Below, piece by piece: positions 41,149 to 56,540 of a stretch of DNA of 64,000 nucleotides. Both the position numbers and the translations under genes were made by a program. The first letter of the stretch is position 1; each line of letters begins with the position of its first letter. The DNA is from Eledone cirrhosa (Eukaryota). The notes beneath the pieces are model-generated. The model was not told the DNA's origin. It saw nothing but the letters and a program-made list of their open reading frames with translations, and made no database searches. The stretch spans positions 38,502,001 to 38,566,000 of the forward strand of contig OZ024749.1 in NCBI GenBank assembly GCA_964016885.1. Direction: 5' to 3'.

Positions 41149-42414
41149 ATATATATATACACACATACATTATATATATATATATATAATTATATATAAT
41201 TACATGTGTATGTATGTATACATATCTGTAAGGCATGGATGTACGTATCGCTTTTTCACTCTTCCTATCCATTCGCTCCCTTTCTCTGTCTATTAAGATC
41301 TCTCTTCTCTTCTAGTTTTACTTTATTGTAATATTTTTCAATCTTAGTTATTATTGTTATTATTTGATTTCGATTTCTTCCAATAAGTAATAGTCAGCTT
41401 TGACAGGAGTAACAACAAAGACAGCAGCCAACAATAACAAACGCAACAACAGCAACAATAACTACAAACAAGGCCAAAAATTCATTGTAATGACGCTAAG
41501 ATAAATTGACGTTTCGGACAGGTGTACTTTGTCAAGATAGAAAGAAGAAGTTTTACAGATATTACATTTTGTAATGGGAAACGGATGGTTGAATGAATGT
41601 ATGGATTTTTTGATATTTAGATGACTGAGTGGAAGGATAGATGGATGAATAACTTGCTAGTTGGGAAACATGAGAAACAGAAAAACAGATAGCTTCATGT
41701 ACGAATAAACAACCATCTAGTTTATATTATATAGTCATTTGTAAATGTTCAATCATGCTCCCCAGGTAACGCCGGAAATAACAGTTTTTCAAAATTCCTG
41801 GCAAAATAAATCTTGGATTTGTTTGATGAATTCCGTTGAAATAGCTCTTGAGGAAACACTTGATGTTGGCATTTATGAAACATTAAGAAATAATATCTTA
41901 TTTCTAGACTTTATTTGGATTGCAATGTGGCACCAGATGAGATTATGAATGCATATAACTGAGTTATCTTCTCCTAATCCGGGAGAGCTTCTAATACAAA
42001 TTACATCAATGTGATGCAGTGAAGAATTTAGATATTTGGTATAAGACAAATAAACCGAAATATGAAAACAAGCGATGTTTTAAGCCGGCAGCTTAACCCT
42101 TTACCATAGGCCATGTACATGCTAGCTGCTGGAACATTTCTTCCATAACCTTTAGCCCAACATCACTGGTGTTTTAGTATATTATATTAACCTCAAACTT
42201 TAGAAATAACTGATCCCAGTGGTCATAATCGGATTTGATGTTTTACGCTAGTCTTGTTTGCTTTATATAACATACATACGCGCACACGCAAATATATATA
42301 TATATACATATCTATCTATCTATCTATATATATATATATATATACATATATATATACATATATACATATATATATACATATATACATATATATATATGTA
42401 TATATACATTATAA

Positions 42415-42534
<120 letters not shown>

Positions 42535-42620
42535 TTATATATATATATAAGCATATATATGTATGAGAGAGAAAGCGATGGAGAGGGGAGCTGATAGAGA
42601 GGGGGAAACAAAGAGAGAAA

Positions 42621-42659
<39 letters not shown>

Positions 42660-43505
42660 GGACAGAGAAGGAAATAGAGCAAAATAGCTAGATAGAAACA
42701 TGCATACATATATACAAGCATGCATACATATATGCGTGCATTCATACATACTTACATAGATACATACATATATGCGTGCATTCATACATACATGCATACA
42801 TACATGCGTGTATTATGTATTCATATAGACAGCACATACGTTCCACATGCTATCTCGTGTAGCTAGAATCAATAAATATCAGTAATTAGAGTGGCAGTTT
42901 TAAACGTTGACCTTTTAGCTTAGTAAAACAAGAATGATACTAAATCAATATTCATTGCACAGAGTTGCTGCACTCTCACGTCAGTTCAGACCTGTAATGC
43001 TAATTCCAAAGTCTATTTCAGGTCATTCATAAACATAAATATACAACTATATATATATATATATGTGTGTATGTGTTATATATATGTATGTATCCATGTG
43101 TGTATTATTTACACATAGGAATACATACTTTTATTACTATTCTCCCCTACGGTAGTAGATAAATCTTTGGTCATTTGAACGGCTGCTATTTTTAGTAGCA
43201 GTACATTGACCTGTCCACCTAGCCTTTGCTTTTGCACACGGTACCAGGAAGAATTGTTTCATCTCTCATTCACTCTCATTCGGGAACAATTGTATGTGGC
43301 GCAAGTTTGTGATTTGAACTCGAGAATTTTATATTCTTCAAGTGAGAAAAGCCTTCTGACGACGATCTCTTTCTCAATGAATGTCCGCTTGGATTATCTG
43401 TTTATTTTGGGATCAGAAACCGCGGTAAAGGCACATATAGTAAGTACTGTAAAAAATGTTTAAATTTATTTTAAAACTTTTTTTCTATTTGCTCGACCTT
43501 GATAT

Positions 43506-43577
<72 letters not shown>

Positions 43578-43602
43578 TATGTGTGTATAAACATTATTAT
43601 CA

Positions 43603-43790
43603 TTGGCAGTATCGGTGGAGGGTCGGACGCCATGCTTTGCAGCAAAGAGTTACGGCCCTTTACGGTCTGAGTTCAAATCCCGCCGATGTTAACTTTGCCT
43701 TTCATCCTTACGGAGGTCGATAAAATAAAGTACCAGTAATACACTAGAATAATTGCTTGCCTTGTGCCAAAAGTAGAAACAATTATTATT
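43603..43790 (+). mobile_element. SINE family 1
   Basis: Matches consensus. Confidence 0.92.
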
Positions 43791-43813
43791 ACTATTATTA
43801 TTATTATTATTAT

Positions 43814-43856
<43 letters not shown>

Positions 43857-43882
43857 TAGTAGTAGTAGTAGTAGTAGTAGTA

Positions 43883-44006
<124 letters not shown>

Positions 44007-44387
44007 GTGAGTGTATGTGCAAAACGTTTACAACAATTACTGGTCCTCTCCATAACAGTATCCCCCGACACTACAATTAATGATCAAATATCTGAAAAGA
44101 TGCCTTCACTAACAAGTAAAGCCGTGAGTTTGACCGAGTGACGTGTTATTTCCTTGTACATGAGACTTTATTTTACATCACTGCTATCCTCTTGGCTGGG
44201 AATAAATGAATTGTAACTGTAATTCAAAGAACCAGCCTTGCCATATGGTGTGTCAAGTTGAATCTTCCAGAGAATTACGTATGAGTAAGTTCTAGTTCAA
44301 ATAACAGCTTAATAATGAGAAACATTAGTTATATTGCTAAATCCCTCCAAATTCTTGATAATTTTCAGAACTATTTGAAAGCCATAT

Positions 44388-44615
44388 TCTTTCATTAGAA
44401 ATAGTGTAACGAAAGACTTAAATAACATAGGCATATTTCATTAGAACTGTGGTAACGAAAGGGTTAGTGAGACAGTCTGTGTCTTTCTTTCATTAGAAAT
44501 ATGATAATGAAGGTGTTAAACAATGTAGGCAGTCTTTCATTAGAAATATGGTAACGAAAGTGTTAAAGTACATAGTCAGTGTTTTTCATTAGAAACAGGA
44601 AAATGAAGGTGTTGA
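44388..44615. repeat. Degenerate ~50-nt tandem repeat, five copies
   Basis: tttcattagaa..gtaacgaa.g.gtta recurring. Confidence 0.75.
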
Positions 44616-45387
44616 GGCATTTACAAGGAAAATGTCATATTCTCTTACCCTCTTATTCTGTTCTCCCGTTGAACCGCTGTTCTGATATTCTAGTTTGTTT
44701 ATGATTACAAACCGAAAAAAAATATTGGTACTGACAGGAAGTTTAATTGAGTCCGACATAATGTCTTCAGTTTTATTGAATCGAAGGCTCCAGCAATAAA
44801 AACCAAAATGGCTACGCAATCCAATGATGACAATACGTCAACGAATTATGTTGTCTTCATATTTTGCCTTTTGACTTTTTCTGGCTAAAACATTGGGGCT
44901 TTTGAAGAAGATTGTGATGTCTTCTCAATGAAGTTAAGAAAATGAAAATAACAACTTTTTTTAAATAAATGTTATTCTCCTTCTGTTATTTGACCTATTG
45001 AGGTCACTGGCTTAGTTAAAAGGTGGCGATCTTAGAAAATGTGTCTCTCATTTTGGCAGAATAAGAAATAAGAGCTGTATACACACACGAAGTCATTAAT
45101 CATACAGTAGAATCGATTAAGGTTAGGTCAACTCATAAACAATACCGTGTTTGGAGGTTCAGCCAACACAGTTCTTCATAAATGAGACATCTTTAAGCTT
45201 TTCTTATTTATCAGTCTGAGAAAAATGGTCAATGCCTGTCAATTTTTAACTCTTTTGATACCAAAATTCCTCAAAACACGCTTGGCTCTATCATAAAGAA
45301 CTGTTTGTTTTAATGTGTTTATAGTTATCTAAAAGCCTTCCATGACAATTCTACGTATAGAAGCGCACATAGATACACACTCACACA

Positions 45388-45471
<84 letters not shown>

Positions 45472-45499
45472 CTCGATAAAAGTAAAAAAGAAATAGATA

Positions 45500-45660
45500 A
45501 TTTTAATGAGAGGGTTGTAAGTGGATATTTGAGAGGAAAAACGCAGACCATTGAACAGCTAAAGCATACTGAAAACCTAATGTGGAATTCCGACAAGATC
45601 GTAACATTCCACCTTGAAGGATACTTCCATAAAATCCAGGAACAAGATGTTAGCCATATT
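45500..45660 (+). pseudogene. R4/Dong-like LINE internal fragment
   Basis: W..TFHLEGYFHKIQEQDV resembles the EG..AIQEQ motif. Confidence 0.55.
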
Positions 45661-45714
45661 GTTGTCAATTGTGAAAGAATGTCTTCTCATTCCTATCAAC
45701 CCATGAGACAATAG

Positions 45715-45945
45715 TGTGGACTTGTGATCATAATGTCGTGGGTTCGATTCCTGGGCTGCGTTGTGTGTGGTGTTCTTGAGCAAAACACTTCATTTTACGT
45801 TGCTCCAGTATACTCAGCTGAAAATGAGTACCAGCAATAGTTGGGGATTTAACTCTGCGATGGACTGGCGTCCTGTTCAGGAGGATAGTCTTGTATTTTC
45901 TGTTGCTTCACTACGGAAACCGAGATAATCACCGGTCTGATGAAC
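45715..45945 (+). mobile_element. SINE family 2
   Basis: ggttcgattcc, ttcttgagcaaaacactt, gatggactggcgtcctgt. Confidence 0.8.
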
Positions 45946-46039
45946 CGCCAAACTAGAGACAGACTTTAAACTTTTGAAATAAACTTTAACTAAACATGAG
46001 ATATGATGTGAATGGCAGATCAATCTGGAACGCACGACG

Positions 46040-46230
46040 GAAGACGAAATTATTAAGAAATAGAAAAGGATATGTTCAGACTGAGGCATGAAAGGAATAT
46101 TGCTGGCTTCTGGAACCTTCAAAATCTGTAAAATATTCTTAGGTTTCAGAGGATGAACGCTTACACAAGGGATGACAAATATTTCCTTTTCTCTCCAAAT
46201 TTGCCTCCGGAAGATGACCGGTCACAAAAC
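46040..46230 (+). mobile_element. Diverged R4/Dong-like 3' end
   Basis: accttcaaaatctgtaaaatattctt and gggatgacaa..ccggtca shared with 46750-46850. Confidence 0.7.
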
Positions 46231-46341
46231 ATATATACATATGTACATATATATACACATGCATACGCACATACATACATACATACATACATACATACAT
46301 ACATACATACATACATACATACATACATACATACATACATA

Positions 46342-46872
46342 CGCACTTCGGAAAACAAAATTAACAACAAACGAGGAAGAATATATTGAGACAGATGGCA
46401 CTAAGGAATACTGGTGGAACCTGAAAATAAAAACTGCCACCAAATTAAAGCACAACCGGCCTGATATTGTAGTTTGGGACCACACATTGAAAACGTGTTC
46501 TGTTGTGGAGATCAGCTGCCCACTTGATGTAAACGTTGTCAGAAAAATACAGGAGAAGGAGGACATCTACGGACCATTGATGAGGAGTTTACAAATCCAG
46601 TATCCAAGATACACCTTTAGCTTCATACCCATCATTATTGGTGCTACGGGTTATATACCAACCCGCTTGGACCAAAGTATGACTGAACTTGGATTTGCGG
46701 ACAAAAAGCGCAGCTCCCTAATTCATAGTCTACAAATGGCTGCGATAGCTGGCACCTTCAAAATTTGCAAAATATTCTTGCGATTCAAGGGATGACAATT
46801 TCTTTTCTTTTACAACCTTGCCACCAGGAAGGTGGCCGGTCAAAAAAATATACTCAAAATTAAGAGAAAGAG
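46342..46872 (+). pseudogene. R4/Dong-like LINE: restriction-like endonuclease domain plus 3' UTR, 5'-truncated
   Basis: Open frame EYWWN..HNRPDIVVWD..VVEISCP..EKEDIY..IPIIIGATG (RPD..E..K-Y motif); flanked by (TACA)n. Confidence 0.9.
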
Positions 46873-46884
46873 AATATACATACA

Positions 46885-47195
46885 TGATGGCTGCCCCCTT
46901 GTTATCGAGTATAGCCATTGCACGATATACCATTAGTAATCATTATTACTTAATGCTATCGTGCAATGCCTGTGCATGAAGATTCTTTTTAAAGTGAGGA
47001 AAGACTGTGCACTGAGCCAATCCCACTCTCTGAGCGACAGTAGCTATAACCCGAAAAGAAGAAAAGATCAACATCATCGGTAACTACTGAGCCGCGCGTT
47101 TTATGTCGGAGTTATCCCAGTTTCCTGAGCTGCCTTCTCCTAGAAGAATTTCCTGACAAAGGCTAGGGGTCCTTCACTCCCAGTGGTTTAACCGC
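46885..47195 (-). mobile_element. Diverged relative of the (TATG)-tailed non-autonomous element
   Basis: Shares gcaatgcctgtgc, cccactctct and ccttctcctaga with 47328-47738. Confidence 0.6.
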
Positions 47196-47327
47196 ATACA
47201 TACATACATACATACATACATACATACATACATACATACATACATACATACGTACGTACATACATACATACATACATACATACATACATACATACATACA
47301 TACATACATACATACATACATACATAC

Positions 47328-47738
47328 ATGGTGGCTGCCAACTCGTTTTCGAGTACGGCCACTACTCTATATCCATGTAGGAGAACCCCTACCGATGCGC
47401 TGAACGAGTGTGACTTTTTAGTCCAGCCTGCGACATGAAAACTCTGGTACAAACACTACACTTGTAACAATTATTGACACATAGTGCTGGGCCCATGGTA
47501 CCATGTGACGACAAGTGCAGAGAGATCTCCAGATATAAAGCAATGCCTGTGCCGTGAAGCTTTTATAGTGAGCAAAGGCACTGCACAAAGCCAGTCCCAC
47601 TCTCTTAACTAAGATGATATTTACCAAAAAGAAGAACAAGTCAACATCATTGTATACCATCAGAGTTGCAGGTGTTACATCAGAGTTTTCCTTCTCCTAG
47701 AATTCTGCCTTGACAAAGGCTAAGGGGTCATCTCTGCC
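47328..47738 (-). mobile_element. (TATG)n-tailed non-autonomous, RTE-related element
   Basis: Three near-identical copies; minus strand has ctaggagaaggaaaactctga recalled from RTE 5' UTRs. Confidence 0.75.
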
Positions 47739-48180
47739 ATACATACATACATACATACATACATACATACATACATACATACATACATACATACATACAT
47801 ACATACATACATACATACATACATTACGTTACATTATATACATGATCATCATTTTTCTAGCTATTTGTAAAGAAATAGATACAATGTAAAGTTTTAGTTG
47901 TGTATTTTATTCTGGTTTTGTGGTGTTTATTACCATTTTTGTTTTTACTGATTGCTAACGTGAATATCTGATGGCGGATGTGGCATCATAGTTGACACTT
48001 TGATATTGTAAACACATCGATAATATTGGATGTGTTTGCAAGAGGAATCGAAATCTTAGTTTTAGCAGTTCTTTGATAGTGTTCACACATCGATATAATG
48101 TTACTTAGTGGAGATAAAACGGCTCTGGAAACGAATAAACACGGACATATGTGTCTTTTGAGTGGTTGAGTAGTTAGTAA

Positions 48181-48235
<55 letters not shown>

Positions 48236-48383
48236 TGTGCGTGTGTTATCTATATATGCATATATACATATATACATATATATATATATACACATCTATA
48301 TATATATATATATGCGTGTGCGTGTGTTATCTATATATGCATATATACATATATACATATATACATATATATATATATATACA

Positions 48384-48419
<36 letters not shown>

Positions 48420-48443
48420 TGTGTGTGTGTTATCTATATATGC

Positions 48444-48501
<58 letters not shown>

Positions 48502-48580
48502 ACACATATATACTTATACATTTACATACATATTTATATACAGACACACACAAACTTATATGTATATATATACACACATT

Positions 48581-48664
<84 letters not shown>

Positions 48665-48744
48665 GATATAGATATACATATATATATATATATATACTTA
48701 TATACATATATATATATTCATATATACATATATATATATTCATA

Positions 48745-48775
<31 letters not shown>

Positions 48776-48987
48776 TTATATATATATATTATATATATAT
48801 ATGTACATATATATTATATTATATTCATACACACACACACATTCACACACACACACATATATATATATATATAGTGTATTTCTTTGGTATCTTTTGCCCC
48901 ATATGTAAAGACAAAAGCGGGGGGTTGTTTAAACATGAAAGAAGTTAGTAGATAATTTGACGATATCACGTAAACTGAATGTGTGTG

Positions 48988-49024
<37 letters not shown>

Positions 49025-49204
49025 TATATATGTATATATTGGGTGTATTTTCTACGTCCGTTAGCGTATATATATCAAGACAAGACATGAAACATTAGGG
49101 CAAAGTATAATTTGATGACATCACGTAGTTTGGGGGGGGGAATAGCTAAGTGTGTGTGTCTGTGTGTGTGTGTCTGTGTGTGTGTGTCTGTGTCTGTGTG
49201 TGTA

Positions 49205-49238
<34 letters not shown>

Positions 49239-49383
49239 TGTGTCTGTGTGTGTATCTGTGTGTGTGTGTGTGTGTGTGTGTCTGTGTTTGATCGTTTCTT
49301 GAGTGTTCGTCACTCGAATATATTGTCAAGTGGTTCTGTTTCCGACTTACCTCTACACTATATCCTCAGATCTATTACAACGG

Positions 49384-49476
<93 letters not shown>

Positions 49477-49587
49477 CATATGCGTCTCAGTCTGTTTGTG
49501 TTTAGCTATGTATATGGACACATACGTATGTAAATATAGATATACTACTTGTCTATGTTTATACACACACACATATATATATTATAT

Positions 49588-49632
<45 letters not shown>

Positions 49633-49885
49633 TGTATATTATATATATTTTACACACACATACACGCATATATATATATATATATATACATTGGTGTGTT
49701 GTGTTTAGTTACTGATGATTCACCAGTTTAACCATTCATTGCTAATATTTGAATCCAGCTACCGAAATTGGATTCTGCGTTTGATACTTCACCATGGTGA
49801 AGCTTGAGAAGCTGGGTGTTAATAAAAAGGAGAATAAGGGGCAAGAACAAAGTATCAATGTGACATCATTATGTTTATTCACATA

Positions 49886-50073
49886 GGCGGTGGATTGGCA
49901 ATATCGGTAGAGGGTCGGACGCCATGCTTTCCAGCATAGTTACGTCCCTTTACGATCTGAGTTCAAATCCCGCCGAGGTTGACTTTGCCTTTCATCCTTA
50001 CGCGGTCGATAAAATAAAGTACCAGTAATGCACTGGGTAATTGCTGGCCTTGTGCCTAAAGTAGAAACAATTA
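49886..50073 (+). mobile_element. SINE family 1 with 17-nt TSD
   Basis: attatgtttattcacat at 49868-49884 and 50070-50086. Confidence 0.94.
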
Positions 50074-50533
50074 TGTTTATTCACATGTGACGCGCGTTTC
50101 GCAATCTATCAGCTCAAGGTTCTACCGGTATTGATCAAGCCCGACTGTGGAATCGATAGCTCATCAGACATTTATATATTCATTTATTTATATATGTGTA
50201 TATATGTATCTATGTATGTATGTATGTACAAGCTACATACAGCTTGCACATTTATAAACAAATGATGAGAATGTCCCGCACTGCAAGCTGTATGTAGAAT
50301 GGACATATATTCATACACATAATCATACACACACACACGCACACGCACACACACATACCAAGATTACCTAACGTTTGCCTTGTTTTCACTCTTAATTCAC
50401 TTTTAATCTTTACTCGGACCTTTTTTCTGTTTCTCATTTGTGATCCTGTCTCTATTTTGTACTCACATGTCGTACTTTCTTTCCCCTTTGCAATATAAAG
50501 CGTGAAACTAATAAGAGTTTGTGTCTTCTTGAA

Positions 50534-50569
<36 letters not shown>

Positions 50570-50644
50570 GAATGAAGTAATTCCGTCGTAAAGGTCCAGG
50601 AAAAAAGAGTACTCTATGTAGGTTACAGAGCTTATTAGTTATTA

Positions 50645-50702
50645 TTCATTTACCAGTGGTTTCTTGAAGGGAAACAAATTTGCTTTCAGTCATCAGAATG
50701 AA
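50645..50702 (-). ncRNA. Type I hammerhead, mirror copy
   Basis: Reverse complement reads ttcatt CTGATGA ctgaaagcaaa..tttcccttcaa GAAA ccactgg TA aatgaa. Confidence 0.82.
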
Positions 50703-50779
50703 AAAATCCTGGTGTTTTTATTGAATGTGGATTTGAAAAACAAAAAAAAAATCCACATTCAATAAAAACACCAGGATTT

Positions 50780-50839
50780 TTTCATTCTGATGACTGAAAG
50801 CAAATTTGTTTGCTTTCAAGAAACCACTGGTAAATGAAA
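50780..50839 (+). ncRNA. Type I hammerhead, intact
   Basis: tttcatt/aatgaaa (7 bp); CTGATGA 50787-50793; tgaaagcaaa/tttgctttca (10 bp); GAAA 50820-50823; GUA triplet. Confidence 0.88.
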
Positions 50840-50864
50840 TAATTATCTTATGTTGTTTATTACA

Positions 50865-51572
<708 letters not shown>

Positions 51573-52335
51573 GCATATTGTTTATAGAATTAGAAACAAT
51601 GCTAATAGTTAAATGTGAGTGCAGTTGTGGAGGACATCATGTATATATATGCATATATATATACATCAATCTACATACAACACGGCGATAAAACAATGAA
51701 TATATATTAGAGGCCCAGTGAAGAATCACGAGTTGTTACCTTCTTTCTCTCACTTCCCATTCGCCATATATACACCACCGACACACCGTCACCTCACTTA
51801 GTCATTTTCTTTCACCACCACCACCACAAACATCATCCCATCCCCTGACCTCCTCTTCCACTACTACTACTACCACCACAGACATACCATCACACCACCA
51901 TCATCGACACTACCACTATTACCAATGGCATAGCACCACCACCACCACCACCACCACCATCTCCACCATCTCCACCCTTCCATCCAATCTTCAGATGTAG
52001 ATTTAATTGTCTTGGAATAAATCAATCTCCAGAAGAAATAGACTCACCAGATTGAATATTTCCAGAAACAAATTTACTAGATATAGCAATAGGGTGGGTC
52101 CATTGGAAGGTGAAGGGTGTCCGGATATAGATGGCGCTCTCACTCGCTTTAGATTTATGTTTTTGTACTGTTGTTGTTATTAACATGGTTACTGTAGTTG
52201 TTGTTTTTCGAGAAGTATTGAATTTTTCCTAAAACCAGAATAGAAAAATGTAATTATAGTTGTTTTTTTCTTTTATTATTATTCTTTCTTATTGTTATTA
52301 CTTATCTATTATTATTGTTATTATTGTAGTTGTTG

Positions 52336-52406
<71 letters not shown>

Positions 52407-52493
52407 GCTTCCTGTCTCGACACAACGTCTTAAATCGCTCCGTAAGTTTCTTCTATTTTCACACTCTTATCCAACCTATATTATTAAACTTCT

Positions 52494-52685
52494 GTGGATT
52501 AGCAGTATCGGTAGAGGGTCGGACGCCATGCTTCGCAGCATAGAGTTACGCCCCTTTACGATCTGAGTTCAAATCCCGCCCAGGTTAACTTTGCCTTTCA
52601 TCCTTTACGAGGTCGATAAAATATAGTACCAGTAATGCACTGAGTAATTGCTGGCCTTGTGCCAAAAAAACTAGAAACAATTATT
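52494..52685 (+). mobile_element. SINE family 1 with TSD attattaaactt
   Basis: Consensus plus flanking repeat. Confidence 0.92.
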
Positions 52686-52699
52686 AAACTTTTGTAGTT

Positions 52700-53135
52700 A
52701 AACATTTCCAGATCCAGAGAGCATGCAGGTATTTCAGCGCTCTTTAGGAATGAAACTCTGGTCATAAAACACTTGGTGGTTCCCTGTAGACGTGACAGTT
52801 ATGTTCTTTTCCCTTTGTATTAAGGGAGGAGAACAGTAAGGATAAGGACTTTTTAGATCACGCCAGAGGTGAATATTTGAGAGATTTGGTGGATTCTGGC
52901 ATGTGTGGACCGGAAAGAGAGTGATCTCCTCCTGGAAGTAAACCGAACACGCAGAAAACACTGGTCTGGGATCAGCTTGGAGTTTGCCCTCCATATAAAA
53001 CTGGACAAAATAGACAAAATCCCAGGCGTAATTCGTCTTCCAGGAGGAATGAACCTGCATGTTGTCGTTGAGGGCAAAAAGCTATGTGGTGAAAGTAGCC
53101 ACTTGTAAGCTTTTTGTCTTAAACAGAAGACGGGG
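52700..53135 (+). pseudogene. Possible LINE ORF1 (gag-like) fragment with degenerate zinc knuckle
   Basis: ..IPGVIRLPGGMNLHVVVEGKKLCGESSHL*AFC gives C-x4-H-x4-C-like spacing. Confidence 0.5.
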
Positions 53136-53411
53136 TACAATCCAACCACAGCGTTGCCAACACCGGGAGCCGAACAACAACAACAACAACAACGGCAGCA
53201 GCATCAGTAGCAGTGACTACATCAACAGCAGTACCAGAACTAACAAAACCAACAACACCAACACCATTAGCAGCAACAGAAGCACCAACACCAGCAATCC
53301 CATCAACACCACCAAAAGCAGCAGAAAAACCACCACCAACAAAAACAATAACAGCAAGAAATTACCCAGAACTCCCAACGTAGCTTTCCCTTTCTCCCTT
53401 TCTTCAAAACT

Positions 53412-53472
<61 letters not shown>

Positions 53473-53724
53473 ACACACACCAACATATATCTGAATTTTT
53501 CATGACTCAGATACAGAAATCCCCTTTAATCGCAGCGAGGAAAAGGGGACACTTCAAAGGCCAACAACAACAAAATAAAATGTAAAAAAAAAAAAACCAT
53601 GCTGCAGCAATCCAAGTCACTCACTCCAGAAAACGCAGAAACCACACAGAGAGATATATATAGAGATAGATAGAGAGAGAGAGAAAGAGAGAGAGAGGGA
53701 GAGAGAGAGAGAGGGGGGAGAACT

Positions 53725-55772
53725 CTACTTCTCATTACCCACAATGCACCACTCTCCACCACAACTGTCCACCTCACTGACCACCGACCTCTCATTACCC
53801 ACAATATACCACTGTCTACCACCACTGTCCACCACCTATGTCCACCACCACTGTCCACCTCACTGACCTCTGACCGCTCAGTCCACCATCACTGTCCACC
53901 TCACTGACCTCTGACCGCTCATTACCCACAATACACTACTGTCCACCACCACTGTCCACCTCACTGGCCTCTTGCCTCTCATTACCCACAATACACCACT
54001 ACCACCACACTGACTGCGGACTTCTCATTACCCACAATATACCACTGTCCACCCCACTGTCCACCACCACTGTCCACCACCACTGACCACCACCAATGCC
54101 CACCAAACTGGCCTCTGGCCTCTCATTACCCACAATATACCACTGTATACCCCCACTGACCACCACCACTGACCACCACCACTGTCTACCACCACTTCCA
54201 CCACCACTGTCCACCACCACTGACCACCACCACTGTCTACCACCACTTCCACCACCACTGTCCACCACCACTGACCACCACCACTGTCTACCACCACTGA
54301 CCACCACCACTGTTCACCACCACTGACCACCACAACTGTCTACCACCACTTCCACCACCACTGTCCACCACCACTGTCCACCACCACTGTCTACCACCAC
54401 TGTCCACCACCACTGTCTACCACCACTTCCACCACCACTGTTCACCACCACTGTCCACCACCACTGTCTACCACCACTTCCACCACCACTTCCACCACCA
54501 CTGTCCACCACCACTGTCCACCACCACTGTCTACCACCACTTCCACCACCACTGTCCACCACCACTGTCCACCACCACTGACCACCACCACTGTCTACCA
54601 CCACTGCCCACCACCACTGTCCACCACCACTGACCACCACCACTGACCACCACCACTGTCCACCACCACTGACCACCACCACTGTCTACCACCAATGTTC
54701 ACCACCACTGACCACCACCACTGTCTACCACCACTTCCACCACCACTACCACCACCACTGTTCACCACAACTGACCACCACCACTGTCTACCACCAATGT
54801 TCACCACCACTGACCACCACCACTGTCTACCACCACATCCACCACCACTACCACCACCACTGTCCACCACCACTGACCAACACCACTGTCTACCACCACT
54901 GCCCACCACCACTGTCCACCACCACTGTCCACCACCACTGTCCACCACCACTGACCACCACCACCACCACTGTCCACCACTGTCCACCACCGTCCACCAA
55001 ACTGGCCTCTGACCTCTCATTACCCACAATACATCACTACCACCACACTGACCGCGGACTTCTCATTACCCACAATATGCCACTGTCTACCACCACTGTC
55101 CAGCACCACTGACCACCACAACTGACCACCACAACTGACCACCACCACTGTCCACCTCACTGGCCTCTTGCCTCTCATTACCCACAATACACCACTACCA
55201 CCACCACTGACCACCACAACTGACCACCACCACTGTCCACCTCACTGGCCTCTTGCCTCTCATTACCCACAATACACCACTACCACCACCACTGACCACC
55301 ACAACTGACCACCACCACTGTCCACCTCACTGGCCTCTTGCCTCTCATTACCCACAATACACCACTCTCCGCCACCACTGTCCACCACCACTGACCACCA
55401 CCACTGACCACCACCACTGTCCACCTCACTGGCCTCTTGCCTCTCATTACCCACAATACACCACTCTCCGCCACCACTGACCACCACCACTGTCCACCTC
55501 ACTGGCCTCTTTCCTCTCATTACCCACAATACACCACTACCACCACCACTGTCCACCACCACTGACCACCACCACTGACCACCACTACTGTCCACTAAAC
55601 TGGCCTCTGACCTCTCATTACCCACAATACACCACTACCACCACCACTGTCCACCACCACTGACCACCACCACTGACCACCACTACTGTCCACTAAACTG
55701 GCCTCTGACCTCTCATTACCCACAATACACCACTACCACCACACTGACCACAGACCTCTCATTACCCACAAT
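53725..55772. repeat. ACC-rich 12-nt minisatellite punctuated by a conserved ~25-nt motif
   Basis: accaccactgtc/accaccactgac units with recurring ctctcattacccacaata. Confidence 0.92.
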
Positions 55773-55915
55773 TCATCAAAAGTCACGTTTCTATTAAGAG
55801 AAAAACCATATCAGAAATAACGGTTGCTGACATCTTTCAGTTGTGACAAATTCACACAATTTATACTTTCACTAGTTTCTGGTTTGCTTAAATTTTATTT
55901 TTTGTTATATTTCTT

Positions 55916-55917
<2 letters not shown>

Positions 55918-55980
<63 letters not shown>

Positions 55981-56092
55981 TTCGCTCTCCCTCTCAAACT
56001 CTCTCGCTCTCCCTCCTTTCTCCCCTCTCTCTCCTCTCTCTCGATACCTTCTATCCTCCCTCTCTCTCTCCCCCTCTCTCTCTCCCTCTCAC

Positions 56093-56134
<42 letters not shown>

Positions 56135-56483
56135 ATTCAGTCACTCACACTCTCTCTCTCTCTCTCTAGCTCTCAGCTTCAGTTTGTCATTTCATCCATT
56201 AATTACATTTTATTATTTTTCTTCGCTCTCTCACACACCCTCTTATCTTTCCCCACTCACTCATTCTCATTTTCTCCATCACCTTTCCTCTATCTCATTC
56301 TCTACTTCTTCCTCTGCATCTCTTCGTCCCGCTCAGGATCTCTCTCTCTTTCTCTCGCTCTTTCTCTCTCAGCCTCTCTGTCTCTCAGCCTCTCTCTCTC
56401 TCAGCTTCTCTCTCTCTCTCTCAGCCTCGCTCTCTCTCAGCTTCTCTCTCTCTCTCAGCCTCTCTCTCTCTCAGCCTCTCTCA

Positions 56484-56516
<33 letters not shown>

Positions 56517-56540
56517 ACCCTCTCTCTCTCTCTCTCTCTT
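55918..56540. repeat. (CT)n polypyrimidine tract
   Basis: Seen directly. Confidence 0.92.

Noticed and set aside
45916-45945. GAAAccg..ccggtCTGATGA permuted HHR look-alike
   Set aside because: Part of the SINE family 2 tail, with no room for stem I.
49285-49335. TTGACAA..GAAAcgaTC on the minus strand
   Set aside because: Stem I does not pair.
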